A stretch of DNA of 52,372 nucleotides from a virus (taxonomy: Duplodnaviria; Caudoviricetes), in the IMG/VR virus record IMGVR_UViG_3300020416_000009, positions 1 to 52,372 of that record, one strand, 5' to 3'. A program made the translations under genes and the position numbers. Below the pieces are notes generated by a model. The model had not been told where the DNA came from, ran no database searches, and saw nothing but the letters and a program-made list of their open reading frames with translations. Numbering within the stretch: the stretch's first letter is position 1; each line of letters begins with the position of its first letter. Positions 19,680 through 29,418 of this stretch are shown one piece after another.

Positions 19680-20744
19680 CTATTGAGCGTTGTTATCGAT
19701 ATTTAAATACTGTGCTCTATCAACAACAGCCTGTTTATATTTGTCCCATTGAGTTTGAATTTGAAACCACTTATTAAAGTCTTCTTCTAAATTTTCTTGA
19801 GTTGCATAAGTAATGTAGATAAGATCCCAATCATCTTTAGTTTTTAAACCAGCTAAAAATTTTAGATAGGCATCTTCTGTGTCATAAAATATTGCTTCTC
19901 TGCTATCTATGAGTGTTATAGTTCTTAATAACTCTTGTTCTTTTTCATAATATTGCGCAACTCTCTGAGGCATTTTTCCGGCTTGATATAAATCAAGAGC
20001 TTTTCTTCCTGTAGTTCTTTGAAGATTTATTAGCTGGCTTCTTGGTGAAGAGTTTGCCTTTTTATAATCTTCATATGCCTTGTTTGCATCATCTTTTAAA
20101 ATTCTCCAATATACTTCAATCATAGGATCTATTATGCCAGTGACTCTATCCCATTCTGTCATTACTTCATCATATGATTTTCCAGAAGGAGAAACAACCG
20201 ATGGCTTTTTAGATGGTTGTTGATCTTTATGTTCTGTAACTGTTTGAACTTTTGCAGCAGAATCTTCAGGCTTAGTAGCATTTACATTTGGTGTTTCCAC
20301 AGCTTTTGCTTTTTCAACTATTGATCCATCTGCAGCAACTTCTTTATTTGGAAATAAACTACATGGATCAAATCCTGTAAGAGATCCTGAAGTTACTGCT
20401 GTTTGGACAATCGTAGTCATTTGATCTATATAACCTTGAAGTTCATCTGAAGGTAAACCTGAAAATGTTTCTTGTAGTTGAGCAATTTTTCCAGGCAAGC
20501 TTGTTATTGCAACATCAAGATTAGCTGTCAAAGATGTAACAGCAGAATTGATCTCATCTTGAAGATTTGGTAGAGCTACACTTGGTATTGGAACTTTAAC
20601 AGATTCTAATGCAGTAAGTGCCTCAGCTGCTTTAGCTTCAAGTGTTGCAAGACCTGCTTTACCTTGAGCAAGTGCTGCTTCAATCTCGTCTGTTACACCG
20701 TCAAGTGCTTCTAGCGATACGTTATTTCCACAAATTAATGTCAT
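19680..20744 (-). CDS. hypothetical protein in the baseplate cluster
   Basis: Start moved to MTLICG (ATGA overlap with the upstream stop); helical, 354 aa. Confidence 0.7.
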   Translation of the reverse strand: MTLICGNNVSLEALDGVTDEIEAALAQGKAGLATLEAKAAEALTALESVKVPIPSVALPNLQDEINSAVTSLTANLDVAITSLPGKIAQLQETFSGLPSDELQGYIDQMTTIVQTAVTSGSLTGFDPCSLFPNKEVAADGSIVEKAKAVETPNVNATKPEDSAAKVQTVTEHKDQQPSKKPSVVSPSGKSYDEVMTEWDRVTGIIDPMIEVYWRILKDDANKAYEDYKKANSSPRSQLINLQRTTGRKALDLYQAGKMPQRVAQYYEKEQELLRTITLIDSREAIFYDTEDAYLKFLAGLKTKDDWDLIYITYATQENLEEDFNKWFQIQTQWDKYKQAVVDRAQYLNIDNNAQ

Positions 20745-21718
20745 GACGTTGCATACCCCAATGGTCCTAATGCGTTTTGAGCCCATGGAAACTGTGGTAG
20801 ACTGGTTCTACTAGTGTTTGGACCCCATGCTCTTTTATTACTTAAATCAATATGAGTAAAAGAGTTGTAAATACCTATTCCTCTAAAACCAGCATTATAC
20901 GCCGCAGTAAGAAATGCTTGTCTTTGTGAAGTTGATTTTCCTGTTTGAATTACATCAATAGCTAATCCTGTTTGATGAACACTCTTTTTTACACCTCCTA
21001 CACGTTTATTGTACGCTGAAGATCTAAAAGCACTTGTAATATCAAGTGTATATCCTACTGCAGATGCTAATGCAGATGCTGCCGAACATACAGAAGGAGA
21101 TATTCTTGGATCTGTATGTGGTAAAAAGTTTAAGTTAGGAGAGCTACATACTGGAAATTCACTTTCACTCGGGCCTGCATCTTGAGGTCCAGTTACATTA
21201 TTTGTAGGACTCGTGTTATTAAATCTTGCCGAAGGTATTCCACCATCTCCGTATTCACCTACTTCATTTTTAGCTGCAACTTCTGGTCCTAAGTCTGCAA
21301 TTGCTGTTTCTATACCATCATAAACATCTTGTGCAAATGCATCAAGTTCTGTGGCTGTAAATCCCGCTGGTGCAAATACTTCTACACCCATGTGTTTTGC
21401 TACCGCTGCGGCCGCTGTTGCAACATATACATTTGATGCACCACCAGTCATTGCACCTGCATCAGCTGCGGCAGTTATAAATGTGGCTCTTTTGCCATGT
21501 ACAAAGACAGTAGGAGATCCTGCACCTACAGTTGCTGTATGAGGTGCACATATTGGCACAGGCGGAAAAGGATGTGGAATAGTAGGATCAGTTTTTCGAG
21601 CAACTAAAGATCCATTTGCAAACACATTGCCTTGTCCTGGTGTATCTAAAATAGTTGTAGCAACACATGCGTGACCTGTTGTTAAACTATCTCCTTCTCT
21701 TGATACTAGTGCAGTCAT
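20741..21718 (-). CDS. PAAR spike-tip protein fused to a C-terminal peptidase M15 (Zn D-Ala-D-Ala peptidase-like) domain
   Basis: N-terminal PAAR-like region (GDSLTTGHAC, VFANG, PH...GSPTVFVHGK, GASNVY); C-terminal SAFRS..N..VGG...SVHQTGLAID...GIGIY..FTHID. Confidence 0.8.
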   Translation of the reverse strand: MTALVSREGDSLTTGHACVATTILDTPGQGNVFANGSLVARKTDPTIPHPFPPVPICAPHTATVGAGSPTVFVHGKRATFITAAADAGAMTGGASNVYVATAAAAVAKHMGVEVFAPAGFTATELDAFAQDVYDGIETAIADLGPEVAAKNEVGEYGDGGIPSARFNNTSPTNNVTGPQDAGPSESEFPVCSSPNLNFLPHTDPRISPSVCSAASALASAVGYTLDITSAFRSSAYNKRVGGVKKSVHQTGLAIDVIQTGKSTSQRQAFLTAAYNAGFRGIGIYNSFTHIDLSNKRAWGPNTSRTSLPQFPWAQNALGPLGYATS

Positions 21719-22974
21719 TAGTTCAGATCTATCCTCGCTCCATTAATATCAATATTTCCTACTACATTATCAGTGTAGTTTCCATTGACAGCATTTGTAG
21801 TATTACCATCAACAACTGTATGTAAGTTTAATGCTGTTTCAAGACTCATATTTTGTTTTGACGCTATTTGTAAATGACCAGTTGTTGATAACTCAAATCC
21901 TTGTGCTGATGCAAACATCTTTATCTTATTTAATCCGACTAAAGTAAGTTCACCACCAACTTGTATTTTTTCTTTTTTACCTATTGTGGTTTTTCTTTGT
22001 CCGTCAACAATTCTTTCTTCATCACCGCCGATTCTTTTCAAATACTTTTCGGTCACATTACATCCATAATCTTGACCTATTTCAATGTGTTCTGAATTAG
22101 CAATGGATGTTTGTCTTGATTTACGTATTAACTCTGTTTTATTACCTACAACTTCAAGATGATAATTACCTTTTACGAGTTGTCTGTAATTGCCGTCAAC
22201 TGTCATGTTTACATTGCCTCTTATATAAACATTTTCATCACTTAAAACAGCTACATAATTCTTACCTTTGATAGTATGCGCAACAGTTCCGTCATTAAGT
22301 ATTTCATGACTTGTTCCACTCTTATGATAAGTTGCTATTCTTTCCGCGCCAGGTGTGTCATCAATTTCTATTTGATGACCTGATTCGGTTTGAGTAACTT
22401 TATTGTAAGGATATGCTGGTGCCTTTCCATTTTGAGGTTCAGGCATATCCCAAGCTTCACGTTCGTAATATGAATCTGCTTCATCTTGAACAACAGTTGA
22501 TACTTTATCTGGTACTGCTGTATCTACTTTAATAGTTCTTAAATCGCTTTTTGTAATAAACGCCTGTGTATTTTTGTATTGTCCGCCAGCAGCGTGTGGA
22601 ACATCAGAACCTTCATTTCTTTGAGGATTGTTTGAGTTAGGATCAGTAAATCCTTTGCCGGCTTTTCCGCTCGGTCCTGCATCACCATGTACAGTTCCCA
22701 TTATGAAAGGAACTTGTTTGGAACTTCCGTCCATATAAAATCCAACTACCCAAGAACCTTGTTGAATTCCAGTAGGACTTGATCCGACACCACCAAGAGA
22801 TGAAGAAGTAACTGGCATCATAACTTGAGCCCATGGCAAATCTTCTTTTGGTATTTTAGTTAAGTCATCTGTGTGATCACCGAAGATTCTTACTCTTAAT
22901 CTTCCCATACCTTTAGGATCATTTCTATCTTCTACAATCCCCATAAACCAATAAAATTCAGGTTTAATTCTCAT
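21718..22974 (-). CDS. gp5: baseplate hub/central spike gp5 (OB fold plus beta-helix, no lysozyme domain)
   Basis: GIVEDRNDP, GRLRVRIFG, LPWAQV, YPYNKV, ESGHQIEIDDTPGAERI and beta-helix repeats. Confidence 0.9.
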   Translation of the reverse strand: MRIKPEFYWFMGIVEDRNDPKGMGRLRVRIFGDHTDDLTKIPKEDLPWAQVMMPVTSSSLGGVGSSPTGIQQGSWVVGFYMDGSSKQVPFIMGTVHGDAGPSGKAGKGFTDPNSNNPQRNEGSDVPHAAGGQYKNTQAFITKSDLRTIKVDTAVPDKVSTVVQDEADSYYEREAWDMPEPQNGKAPAYPYNKVTQTESGHQIEIDDTPGAERIATYHKSGTSHEILNDGTVAHTIKGKNYVAVLSDENVYIRGNVNMTVDGNYRQLVKGNYHLEVVGNKTELIRKSRQTSIANSEHIEIGQDYGCNVTEKYLKRIGGDEERIVDGQRKTTIGKKEKIQVGGELTLVGLNKIKMFASAQGFELSTTGHLQIASKQNMSLETALNLHTVVDGNTTNAVNGNYTDNVVGNIDINGARIDLN

Positions 22975-24355
22975 CTGCGTGATCCCTTTCCATAGTGTCT
23001 CTATTTATTTCAATCATTTGGGTGTACTGCATTTTAGGTAAATGAAATCTATGTTTGATCATTGTTATGATGTGTTTACCAGACTTTCTGTGGTCTTTAG
23101 CTTTATCTGCCTCATCAACACCTATCATTTCGTTTTTAATTAAATGCAGATTTATTGTTTTGCCGACTTGTATTTCTTTGTCGCCAGGAACACCTAACTT
23201 ATAAGAGTAATTACCTAAATGTTGATCGGTTGAGTTTTTATATGGAACTGCATTAAGCGTATCTTCATTGTAAGTCATATGACTTGGCGCATTGTATGCA
23301 TCACCTGAATATGCAAATACAAATTCTTTTCCATTATATTCACTTAGTGTTTTTCCATTATATAGTTTTCTGTCAGATGCTACTTTAAATTTTGAAAGTT
23401 TAGGTAGTGCTTCAAATTCATCTTTATAGTTCCATATCTTTTCATCAACTACTTTGTTAGATGTATTTAACGTTTTATATTTTGATCCATAAACACCGTT
23501 TAATATATGAGTTGACACTGGTGTAGTTTCTAACATTTCAAAGAAAAATGCCATATCTACAGTGTGTTTAAGATCCATCACTGCTCCTTTTTGAACATCT
23601 GATCGACCTTCAGGAACATGTTCTTTTTGAGTGTATAAAGTTCTATCATTTATCGGTGTAGAATCAAACATAGCACGTGATGATTTAAGTTGCATACCGT
23701 CAAATAAGGTATTAAACAAGTAAAAAGGAGAATTGTCTTCAGAACGAGCTCTACGAGTCAACCATTTTAGTGCGGCATAAGGTGTCCAGTTTGGAATGAT
23801 AACTTTAAAAGTACCAGCAGTAAGTTCTTCTGCTGTTATTTTTGCTTCACCATTTGTTTCACCTATAAGAAACTCATCATGTATTTCTTTCATAATATCG
23901 CCAATTGTTCCGGTATATGCTTGAGAAATTATGTTTAATGAATTTAAAAAGTAAGCTTCTTCAACTAATCTAAGTTGATAACTTAAAGTAAAGTCATTTT
24001 CTTTTGAAACATTTTCAATTGACCTTACAAAAAATGTTAAGTCTTTTGTCCACTCTTTGTGTGTACTGTCAATAGCTCCTTTATGAATAGTAAAAGTTAC
24101 TTTTTCTTGACCTACTAAAGGTAAATTTGCAAGAACACCTACACCGTCAGTTATGAGCATGTCGGCTGTCAATATTCTTAAGTCAATTGATTCATTAACA
24201 TCAATTGCAACAACTAAGTCTGTAATGTCAATTGTCTTACCTGTAGATCCTGACTGACCAGGAGGACCTCCAGCTACCATGTGACTCGGTTCAATTATTA
24301 CTTGAGTGACTTCTGTTTCTACCGGAGAAGAAACTGGGTCGTGTGGATTAGCCAT
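22964..24355 (-). CDS. baseplate hub protein (gp27-like)
   Basis: Lies between gp53 and gp5; NLPLVGQE, IIPNWTPY, VPGD and SGKHIITMIKH motifs of contractile-tail hub proteins. Confidence 0.55.
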   Translation of the reverse strand: MANPHDPVSSPVETEVTQVIIEPSHMVAGGPPGQSGSTGKTIDITDLVVAIDVNESIDLRILTADMLITDGVGVLANLPLVGQEKVTFTIHKGAIDSTHKEWTKDLTFFVRSIENVSKENDFTLSYQLRLVEEAYFLNSLNIISQAYTGTIGDIMKEIHDEFLIGETNGEAKITAEELTAGTFKVIIPNWTPYAALKWLTRRARSEDNSPFYLFNTLFDGMQLKSSRAMFDSTPINDRTLYTQKEHVPEGRSDVQKGAVMDLKHTVDMAFFFEMLETTPVSTHILNGVYGSKYKTLNTSNKVVDEKIWNYKDEFEALPKLSKFKVASDRKLYNGKTLSEYNGKEFVFAYSGDAYNAPSHMTYNEDTLNAVPYKNSTDQHLGNYSYKLGVPGDKEIQVGKTINLHLIKNEMIGVDEADKAKDHRKSGKHIITMIKHRFHLPKMQYTQMIEINRDTMERDHADEN

Positions 24356-25064
24356 TTATAACTTTCCTAAACTCATCAGTTATTTCACTTATTCTTGAAG
24401 GTTTTATAACTTTAATTCTTTCTCTTGCATCATTAAGTTCTCTTTCATGCTCATCATTAGTAACAGTCACAGCACCCGCAGTTCCTCTTGGAACCCTACC
24501 ATCATCAGATGTTGTAAAATGATGTGTAGCATTTCTAAAAGGAGTTTCTCCTGTTATATTAACAATTTCGTTTGATGTTCCGCCTTGTATTGTTTCTGCT
24601 CGAAATAGTCCAGTCTTATCACTTATTCTTATCCAACCGAGATTAGGATCTTTTGAAACTACTTTACCAGTTGCTCCAGATAAAAGACCAGTTACGGTTT
24701 CACCTATCGTCAATTTATCATGAACGGTAGTAGCCACAGCAAAATTAAGAGCATGACCTGTGTAATTTTTATTAATATGATCTTCTATTTGTACTTGGCT
24801 CATAGGCCAATCTTTATGTAAATTTTTAAGGTTTTCATTTACAAGAAAAAATGTCCAATAAAGATTTGGTGTACCATATAATTTTTGAGATACATGATCA
24901 GGTCTTTCACTGTCTTGTACTTGATAGTAGTTATATAAACTTATATCATCAATTGTTTTACTACTTACGATCTTAGCAAATCTAAAAACATCAACTATAG
25001 AACGTGTGTCTTTATTGCCATCAAGATCATAATCAATAAGTGGAAAATTTCTAAAATATTGCAT
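24348..25064 (-). CDS. gp53: baseplate wedge subunit gp53
   Basis: MQYFRNFP, ERPDHVSQKLYG, YWTFFLVN and NDARERIKVIKP motifs. Confidence 0.9.
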   Translation of the reverse strand: MQYFRNFPLIDYDLDGNKDTRSIVDVFRFAKIVSSKTIDDISLYNYYQVQDSERPDHVSQKLYGTPNLYWTFFLVNENLKNLHKDWPMSQVQIEDHINKNYTGHALNFAVATTVHDKLTIGETVTGLLSGATGKVVSKDPNLGWIRISDKTGLFRAETIQGGTSNEIVNITGETPFRNATHHFTTSDDGRVPRGTAGAVTVTNDEHERELNDARERIKVIKPSRISEITDEFRKVING

Positions 25065-26014
25065 TAAGTTCCTCCCATCGCGCCTGAAGCTCCTGGCGGT
25101 CCTTGTTGACTACCAGTGGATGTTCTTATTCCTGCACTCTGCATGATACCTTTTCTATCAAGAACTTTTGTTTCTTGAAAGTTGACAGTAAGATCTACTT
25201 CATTTGGACTTCCATCTCTCATAAGAGCAGGTGATGTTGGATTATAGTTTACTGTTACGCCGGTACAATACGCATCATTAAAAGGCATAATTCTTGGCTT
25301 TCTTCCTCCAAAAGATATAAAGCTTATTCTAAATATATTTGGAAACATAAATGAAGCACCACCCGCAATCAATTCGGGATATGCATGAATTCTTATATAA
25401 TTTATTATATTTTCAATCGTAATAGATTCATTTCTGTTTTGCGGAATCAGTTTAAATGTTAAAGCCAGCTGTCTGAAAGTTGGCGATTTAAAAAGCATTG
25501 ACGCTCTTGGATTAATTGCTACACCTGTTGAAGCTGCTACTGCTGCACCAGCTGATGTTTTATTTCTAGCAAAATCTTGACCAATTGCTTTGGCGGCTGA
25601 TGCGAAAGTTCCCATTCCTGAAAGAAGACCGTTATTTTTTGCTTCATTTGCGCTTGTCAAAAGTGCTGATGTAATACCAGTAAGTTCAGCATTATCATAT
25701 GTAAGTCCATCAGAAAACGTTATTGTCTGAGGCATGTAAAGGCTTATTGATCCTAAATTTTTACCAGTAGGAGTTGCACCAGATAGAACTTCTGCAAATC
25801 CTCCACTTACTCTTTCAACAATTTGCATCCTTATCCATGCTGGCTGGCCTTCTGTGTTACTAGGGAATTGCAATCCGCCAAATGCACCAGATGAAGAAAC
25901 TCTTGCTCCAGAAGCTTCTTTTGATTGTTGGCCAAGACTTTTTGTTGTTTCACCTTTATTTGTCGCGTCAGATGCAGTTGTTACACTTCCAAAAGCTTCT
26001 TGTTCATATGACAT
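25064..26014 (-). CDS. gp48: baseplate tail-tube cap gp48-like
   Basis: ISLYMP, INP..MLFKSPTFR, FKLIPQN..E, FPNIFRI and FQETKVL motifs. Confidence 0.8.
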   Translation of the reverse strand: MSYEQEAFGSVTTASDATNKGETTKSLGQQSKEASGARVSSSGAFGGLQFPSNTEGQPAWIRMQIVERVSGGFAEVLSGATPTGKNLGSISLYMPQTITFSDGLTYDNAELTGITSALLTSANEAKNNGLLSGMGTFASAAKAIGQDFARNKTSAGAAVAASTGVAINPRASMLFKSPTFRQLALTFKLIPQNRNESITIENIINYIRIHAYPELIAGGASFMFPNIFRISFISFGGRKPRIMPFNDAYCTGVTVNYNPTSPALMRDGSPNEVDLTVNFQETKVLDRKGIMQSAGIRTSTGSQQGPPGASGAMGGT

Positions 26015-26044
26015 CCTGAATCCCTTCTTAAAATCTGTTATAAG

Positions 26045-26052
26045 TATTTATA
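26045..26052 (-). promoter_or_regulatory. T4-type late promoter (TATAAATA)
   Basis: Exact motif upstream of gp48, at the divergence point with gp4. Confidence 0.85.
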
Positions 26053-26498
26053 TGGTTTATAAGGGTCGTTATAAAGTAAAAAACTATAAGAAATACAGAG
26101 GTGATCCAACGAAAGTAATCTATCGATCATCTTGGGAACGTGCTGTTTTCCGTTATCTTGACGGGCACAGCGATATATTAGAGTGGAACTCTGAATCATT
26201 TGTCATACCATATAGGTGCCGTACGGATAATCGCATGCACCGTTACTTTGTTGATATTTATCTACTTCATAAGAACGGAAAAAAATACCTTGTAGAGATC
26301 AAACCAAAATTTCAAACTGTTCCTCCAAAGACACCAAAAAGAAAAACTAAAAAATATCTTAATGAAGTTAAAACATATGTTAAGAATATGAGCAAATGGG
26401 AAGCTGCAGAAAAGTGGTCAATTGATCGAGGATATAAGTTTCAAATATGGACAGAAGACACTTTAACTAACATGGGTATTAAAATCCTTAAGGGTTAG
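26052..26498 (+). CDS. gp4: head completion nuclease gp4
   Basis: YKGRY, KYRGDP, YRSSWE, HRYFVD, VEIKP and KWEAA motifs; true start MVYKG (the ORF-track extension overlaps gp48). Confidence 0.93.
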   Translation: MVYKGRYKVKNYKKYRGDPTKVIYRSSWERAVFRYLDGHSDILEWNSESFVIPYRCRTDNRMHRYFVDIYLLHKNGKKYLVEIKPKFQTVPPKTPKRKTKKYLNEVKTYVKNMSKWEAAEKWSIDRGYKFQIWTEDTLTNMGIKILKG

Positions 26499-26500
26499 TG

Positions 26501-26508
26501 TATAAATA
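26501..26508 (+). promoter_or_regulatory. T4-type late promoter (TATAAATA)
   Basis: Exact motif 5 nt before the gp2 ATG. Confidence 0.85.
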
Positions 26509-26513
26509 GAAGT

Positions 26514-27107
26514 ATGGCAGAGTCTTTATTTCAAAAATTACAATTTCAAGCATTTCGTGGAGGAATACCTCCAAGGACAGAAGAGTCACGTGAATGGTTC
26601 CGTGATAAACTTAAAACAATGAGGACTGTAAACAGACAGTCTTTAATAAGAGATTCACAACTTGTTCGTACAACACGTCCAAGGATGGGTGAAATGTTGA
26701 TGTTCTTTTATGACCCAAAGAATAAACAAACACTTCCATATTATGATACGTTTCCTTTAATTATCATGGTTGAAAAAGCACCAGGTGGTTTTTATGGTTT
26801 AAATCTACATTATCTACCTCCTGCTTTAAGGGCAAAATTCTTTGACGCTCTTATGCAAACTATGACTAATCAAAGATATGATGACACTACAAGATTTAAA
26901 GCAAGATATAGAATACTTAAAAGTGTAAGGAAACTGAGATTCTTTGAGCCGTGTTTTAAACACTATTTAACACAGCATATCAAATCAAGAATAGCAAAAG
27001 TTGAAGCACCTGAATGGGAAATTGCTCTATTCATGCCAACACAAAGATTTAAAAAGCAGAGAGTCACTGCCGTTTACAAAGACTCTAGAAAGGCAATATA
27101 TTCATGA
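26514..27107 (+). CDS. gp2: DNA end protector protein gp2
   Basis: FFYDPKNKQTLPYYDTFPL, GLNLHYLPP and CFKHYL motifs. Confidence 0.92.
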   Translation: MAESLFQKLQFQAFRGGIPPRTEESREWFRDKLKTMRTVNRQSLIRDSQLVRTTRPRMGEMLMFFYDPKNKQTLPYYDTFPLIIMVEKAPGGFYGLNLHYLPPALRAKFFDALMQTMTNQRYDDTTRFKARYRILKSVRKLRFFEPCFKHYLTQHIKSRIAKVEAPEWEIALFMPTQRFKKQRVTAVYKDSRKAIYS

Positions 27108-27748
27108 CGTATCCCGCCAATATTGACTCGCTTAAATCTACTATAGGTAGAAGAACGGGTCTAGCAAAAGCAAATAGATTTGCAGTCTATATGAACTTAC
27201 CTCTTGTCAGTATTGACGTAGGAAGTATCATAACGAATGTAGTTTCTGGTAATTTCAATCCATTACAGGTACTCAATGATCCGAGAGATATTTCACTTCT
27301 TTGTGAAACAGCGCAGTTGCCTGGAAGGTCTATTGCTACAAATGAGTATATGACAAATATGAAAGCTAGAAAAATACCGTATGGATACATCAGTGATGAT
27401 GTAGCCTTTACGTTCTTGCTTACTGGAGATTATTATATCAAAGATGTTTTTGATAAATGGCTTTCTAAAATAGTTGATCTTGATAGAAAGACTTTACACT
27501 ACAAAGATGATTTTGTATCTGAAGTAGAGATACAACAGCTAAATGATCAAAATATTCCGGTTTACTCGTGTAAACTGCGTAAAGCATTTCCTATAAATAT
27601 CAGTACGGTGGATTTAGGAAATACAAATGAAAACACCGTGTCAAGAGTAACAGTCACATTTGCATATGATGACTGGAGAGAAACAAGTAGCACTGGCTCT
27701 GCCATTGCAGCAAAAATTGGAAATGAAATTTTCAATAGATTTTTTTAA
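27104..27748 (+). CDS. tail tube initiator / tail-tube-fold protein (gp54/gp19-like)
   Basis: GLAKANRF, LCETAQLPG, AFPINIS and VTFAYDDW motifs. Confidence 0.75.
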   Translation: MTYPANIDSLKSTIGRRTGLAKANRFAVYMNLPLVSIDVGSIITNVVSGNFNPLQVLNDPRDISLLCETAQLPGRSIATNEYMTNMKARKIPYGYISDDVAFTFLLTGDYYIKDVFDKWLSKIVDLDRKTLHYKDDFVSEVEIQQLNDQNIPVYSCKLRKAFPINISTVDLGNTNENTVSRVTVTFAYDDWRETSSTGSAIAAKIGNEIFNRFF

Positions 27749-27761
27749 GGATTATTAAAAT

Positions 27762-28472
27762 ATGAGCTTACCTTTAGTAAATACCGCAAAGCATACCGTT
27801 AAGTTGCCGGGTTGCGGTTTGAATGTAGAGTACCGACCTTTCTTTGTTAAAGAACAAAAGATACTACTGCAAGCGACTGAAAGCGAAGATCCAGCACAAA
27901 TCGCAAGTGCAACAAATGATATGGTAAAAGCCTGCACATTTGAAAAGCTTAATCTGGAAGATATTACATCAACTGATATTGAATATCTACTACTTAAAAT
28001 CAGAGCTAAGAGCGTTGGTGAAACCGCCAAAATACAACTTAAATGTTCACATTGTGAGCATCCAAATGAATATGAACTTAATTTAGATTCAATTGAACCT
28101 ACCGGTGAAAATGCAGATGAACAAAAAGTTCAAATAAATGATTCAGTTGGTGTTTGTTTTAAATTACCTACAGTTGGTAGACTAAAAGAATTTATGCAGA
28201 TATCAGGAGGAACTGCTGCTGATACTCTAATTGCGACAATGGGCGCATCTGTAGATTATGTGTATGATGCAGATGCTGTATATCCTTCAAGTGATCAAAC
28301 ACCTGAAGAGATTGTACAGTTTTTAGAATCACTTAACTCAGAGCAATTTAAAAATGCACAAGGTGCCTTTGATAATTTTCCAAGGCTTATCCATGATGTT
28401 GAATTTAAATGTTCTAAATGTAACGAAGAAACACAATTACAATTAGGAGGTATTGGCGATTTTTTAGGGTAG
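27762..28472 (+). CDS. gp26: baseplate hub assembly protein gp26-like
   Basis: YRPFFVKEQKILL, DIEYLLLKIRAKSVGE and two CxxC motifs. Confidence 0.88.
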   Translation: MSLPLVNTAKHTVKLPGCGLNVEYRPFFVKEQKILLQATESEDPAQIASATNDMVKACTFEKLNLEDITSTDIEYLLLKIRAKSVGETAKIQLKCSHCEHPNEYELNLDSIEPTGENADEQKVQINDSVGVCFKLPTVGRLKEFMQISGGTAADTLIATMGASVDYVYDADAVYPSSDQTPEEIVQFLESLNSEQFKNAQGAFDNFPRLIHDVEFKCSKCNEETQLQLGGIGDFLG

Positions 28473-28498
28473 CTCTTTCTCATGATTCTCTAGAGAAC

Positions 28499-28642
28499 AT
28501 GATTCGGATGAACTTTGCATTACTATATTACCACAAGTGGTCACTTACAGAAATAGAAATGATGGTTCCATGGGAAAGAGAAATATACGTAGCTTTATTA
28601 TTAGACGCAATTGAAGAACAAAACGATCGTCAGAAAAGGTAA
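28499..28642 (+). CDS. baseplate hub assembly catalyst gp51-like small ORF (absent from the ORF track; probable -1 frameshift extension of gp26)
   Basis: MIRMNFALLYYHKWSLTEIEMMVPWEREIYVALLLDAIEEQNDRQKR; frame stays open back to the T TTT TTA site at 28460-28466. Confidence 0.8.
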   Translation: MIRMNFALLYYHKWSLTEIEMMVPWEREIYVALLLDAIEEQNDRQKR

Positions 28643-28643
28643 C

Positions 28644-29021
28644 ATGGCACAAAAGAAATTACAAAAAGATTCTAGTTTTGCACATCTAGATAAAGATGGA
28701 GATGGAATAGTAAGTGATGAGGAAATGGCAATGGAAAGAAGAATGATTGAACTTGAAGACCTCAGGTCTGATATGGAAAATGAAGATAAAAAACAAGATG
28801 CACAAAGACAAATGGCATGGTTCGCGCTATGGGGTATGTTACTTTATCCATTTGCAGTTGTGTTGGCGCAATTCTTAGGATTAGATCAAGCAGCATCAAT
28901 CTTAGGTGATATGGCAGCAGTTTACTTTGTATCTGTTGCAGCAATTGTAGCAGCTTTTTATGGTAAAGAAGCATTAGCTGCTAAAAGCCGAACCGATTCG
29001 TTATCAGTTAGGAAAGACTAA
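28644..29021 (+). CDS. membrane protein with N-terminal EF-hand-like loop (holin-like topology)
   Basis: DKDGDGIVSDEE loop plus two hydrophobic helices; start moved to MAQKK. Confidence 0.65.
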   Translation: MAQKKLQKDSSFAHLDKDGDGIVSDEEMAMERRMIELEDLRSDMENEDKKQDAQRQMAWFALWGMLLYPFAVVLAQFLGLDQAASILGDMAAVYFVSVAAIVAAFYGKEALAAKSRTDSLSVRKD

Positions 29022-29413
29022 TGGCGAAGATTAGTGATAACACGGTAGTAGCGACACCGCTTCGTAATATAATAAGTTTAATAGGTGCCGCAGCAGTTGG
29101 TACATGGGCTTACTTTGGAGTTATTGAAAGACTAAATCAAATTGAAACTAATATTACTTTAATGAATACTGATTTAGAAGAGAATACAGAATTTCGTATA
29201 AAGTGGCCAAGAGGTGAAATGGGTTCTCTCCCAGCTGATAGTGAACAATTTATGTTGATTGAACATTTGGCAAGCCAGTTAGAAAAGCTTGCACAAAATA
29301 TAGAAACAGGACAAGCTCCTTATGACCAACAACAAAAATTAACTTTAGAATTTTATGAAAAGAGAATTAGTAAACTAGAGGAACGAATAGACGAGTTAAA
29401 AAACGGAAAGTAA
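29021..29413 (+). CDS. hypothetical single-TM coiled-coil protein
   Basis: One hydrophobic helix followed by a coiled coil; TAATG overlap. Confidence 0.7.
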   Translation: MAKISDNTVVATPLRNIISLIGAAAVGTWAYFGVIERLNQIETNITLMNTDLEENTEFRIKWPRGEMGSLPADSEQFMLIEHLASQLEKLAQNIETGQAPYDQQQKLTLEFYEKRISKLEERIDELKNGK

Positions 29414-29418
29414 ACGGT

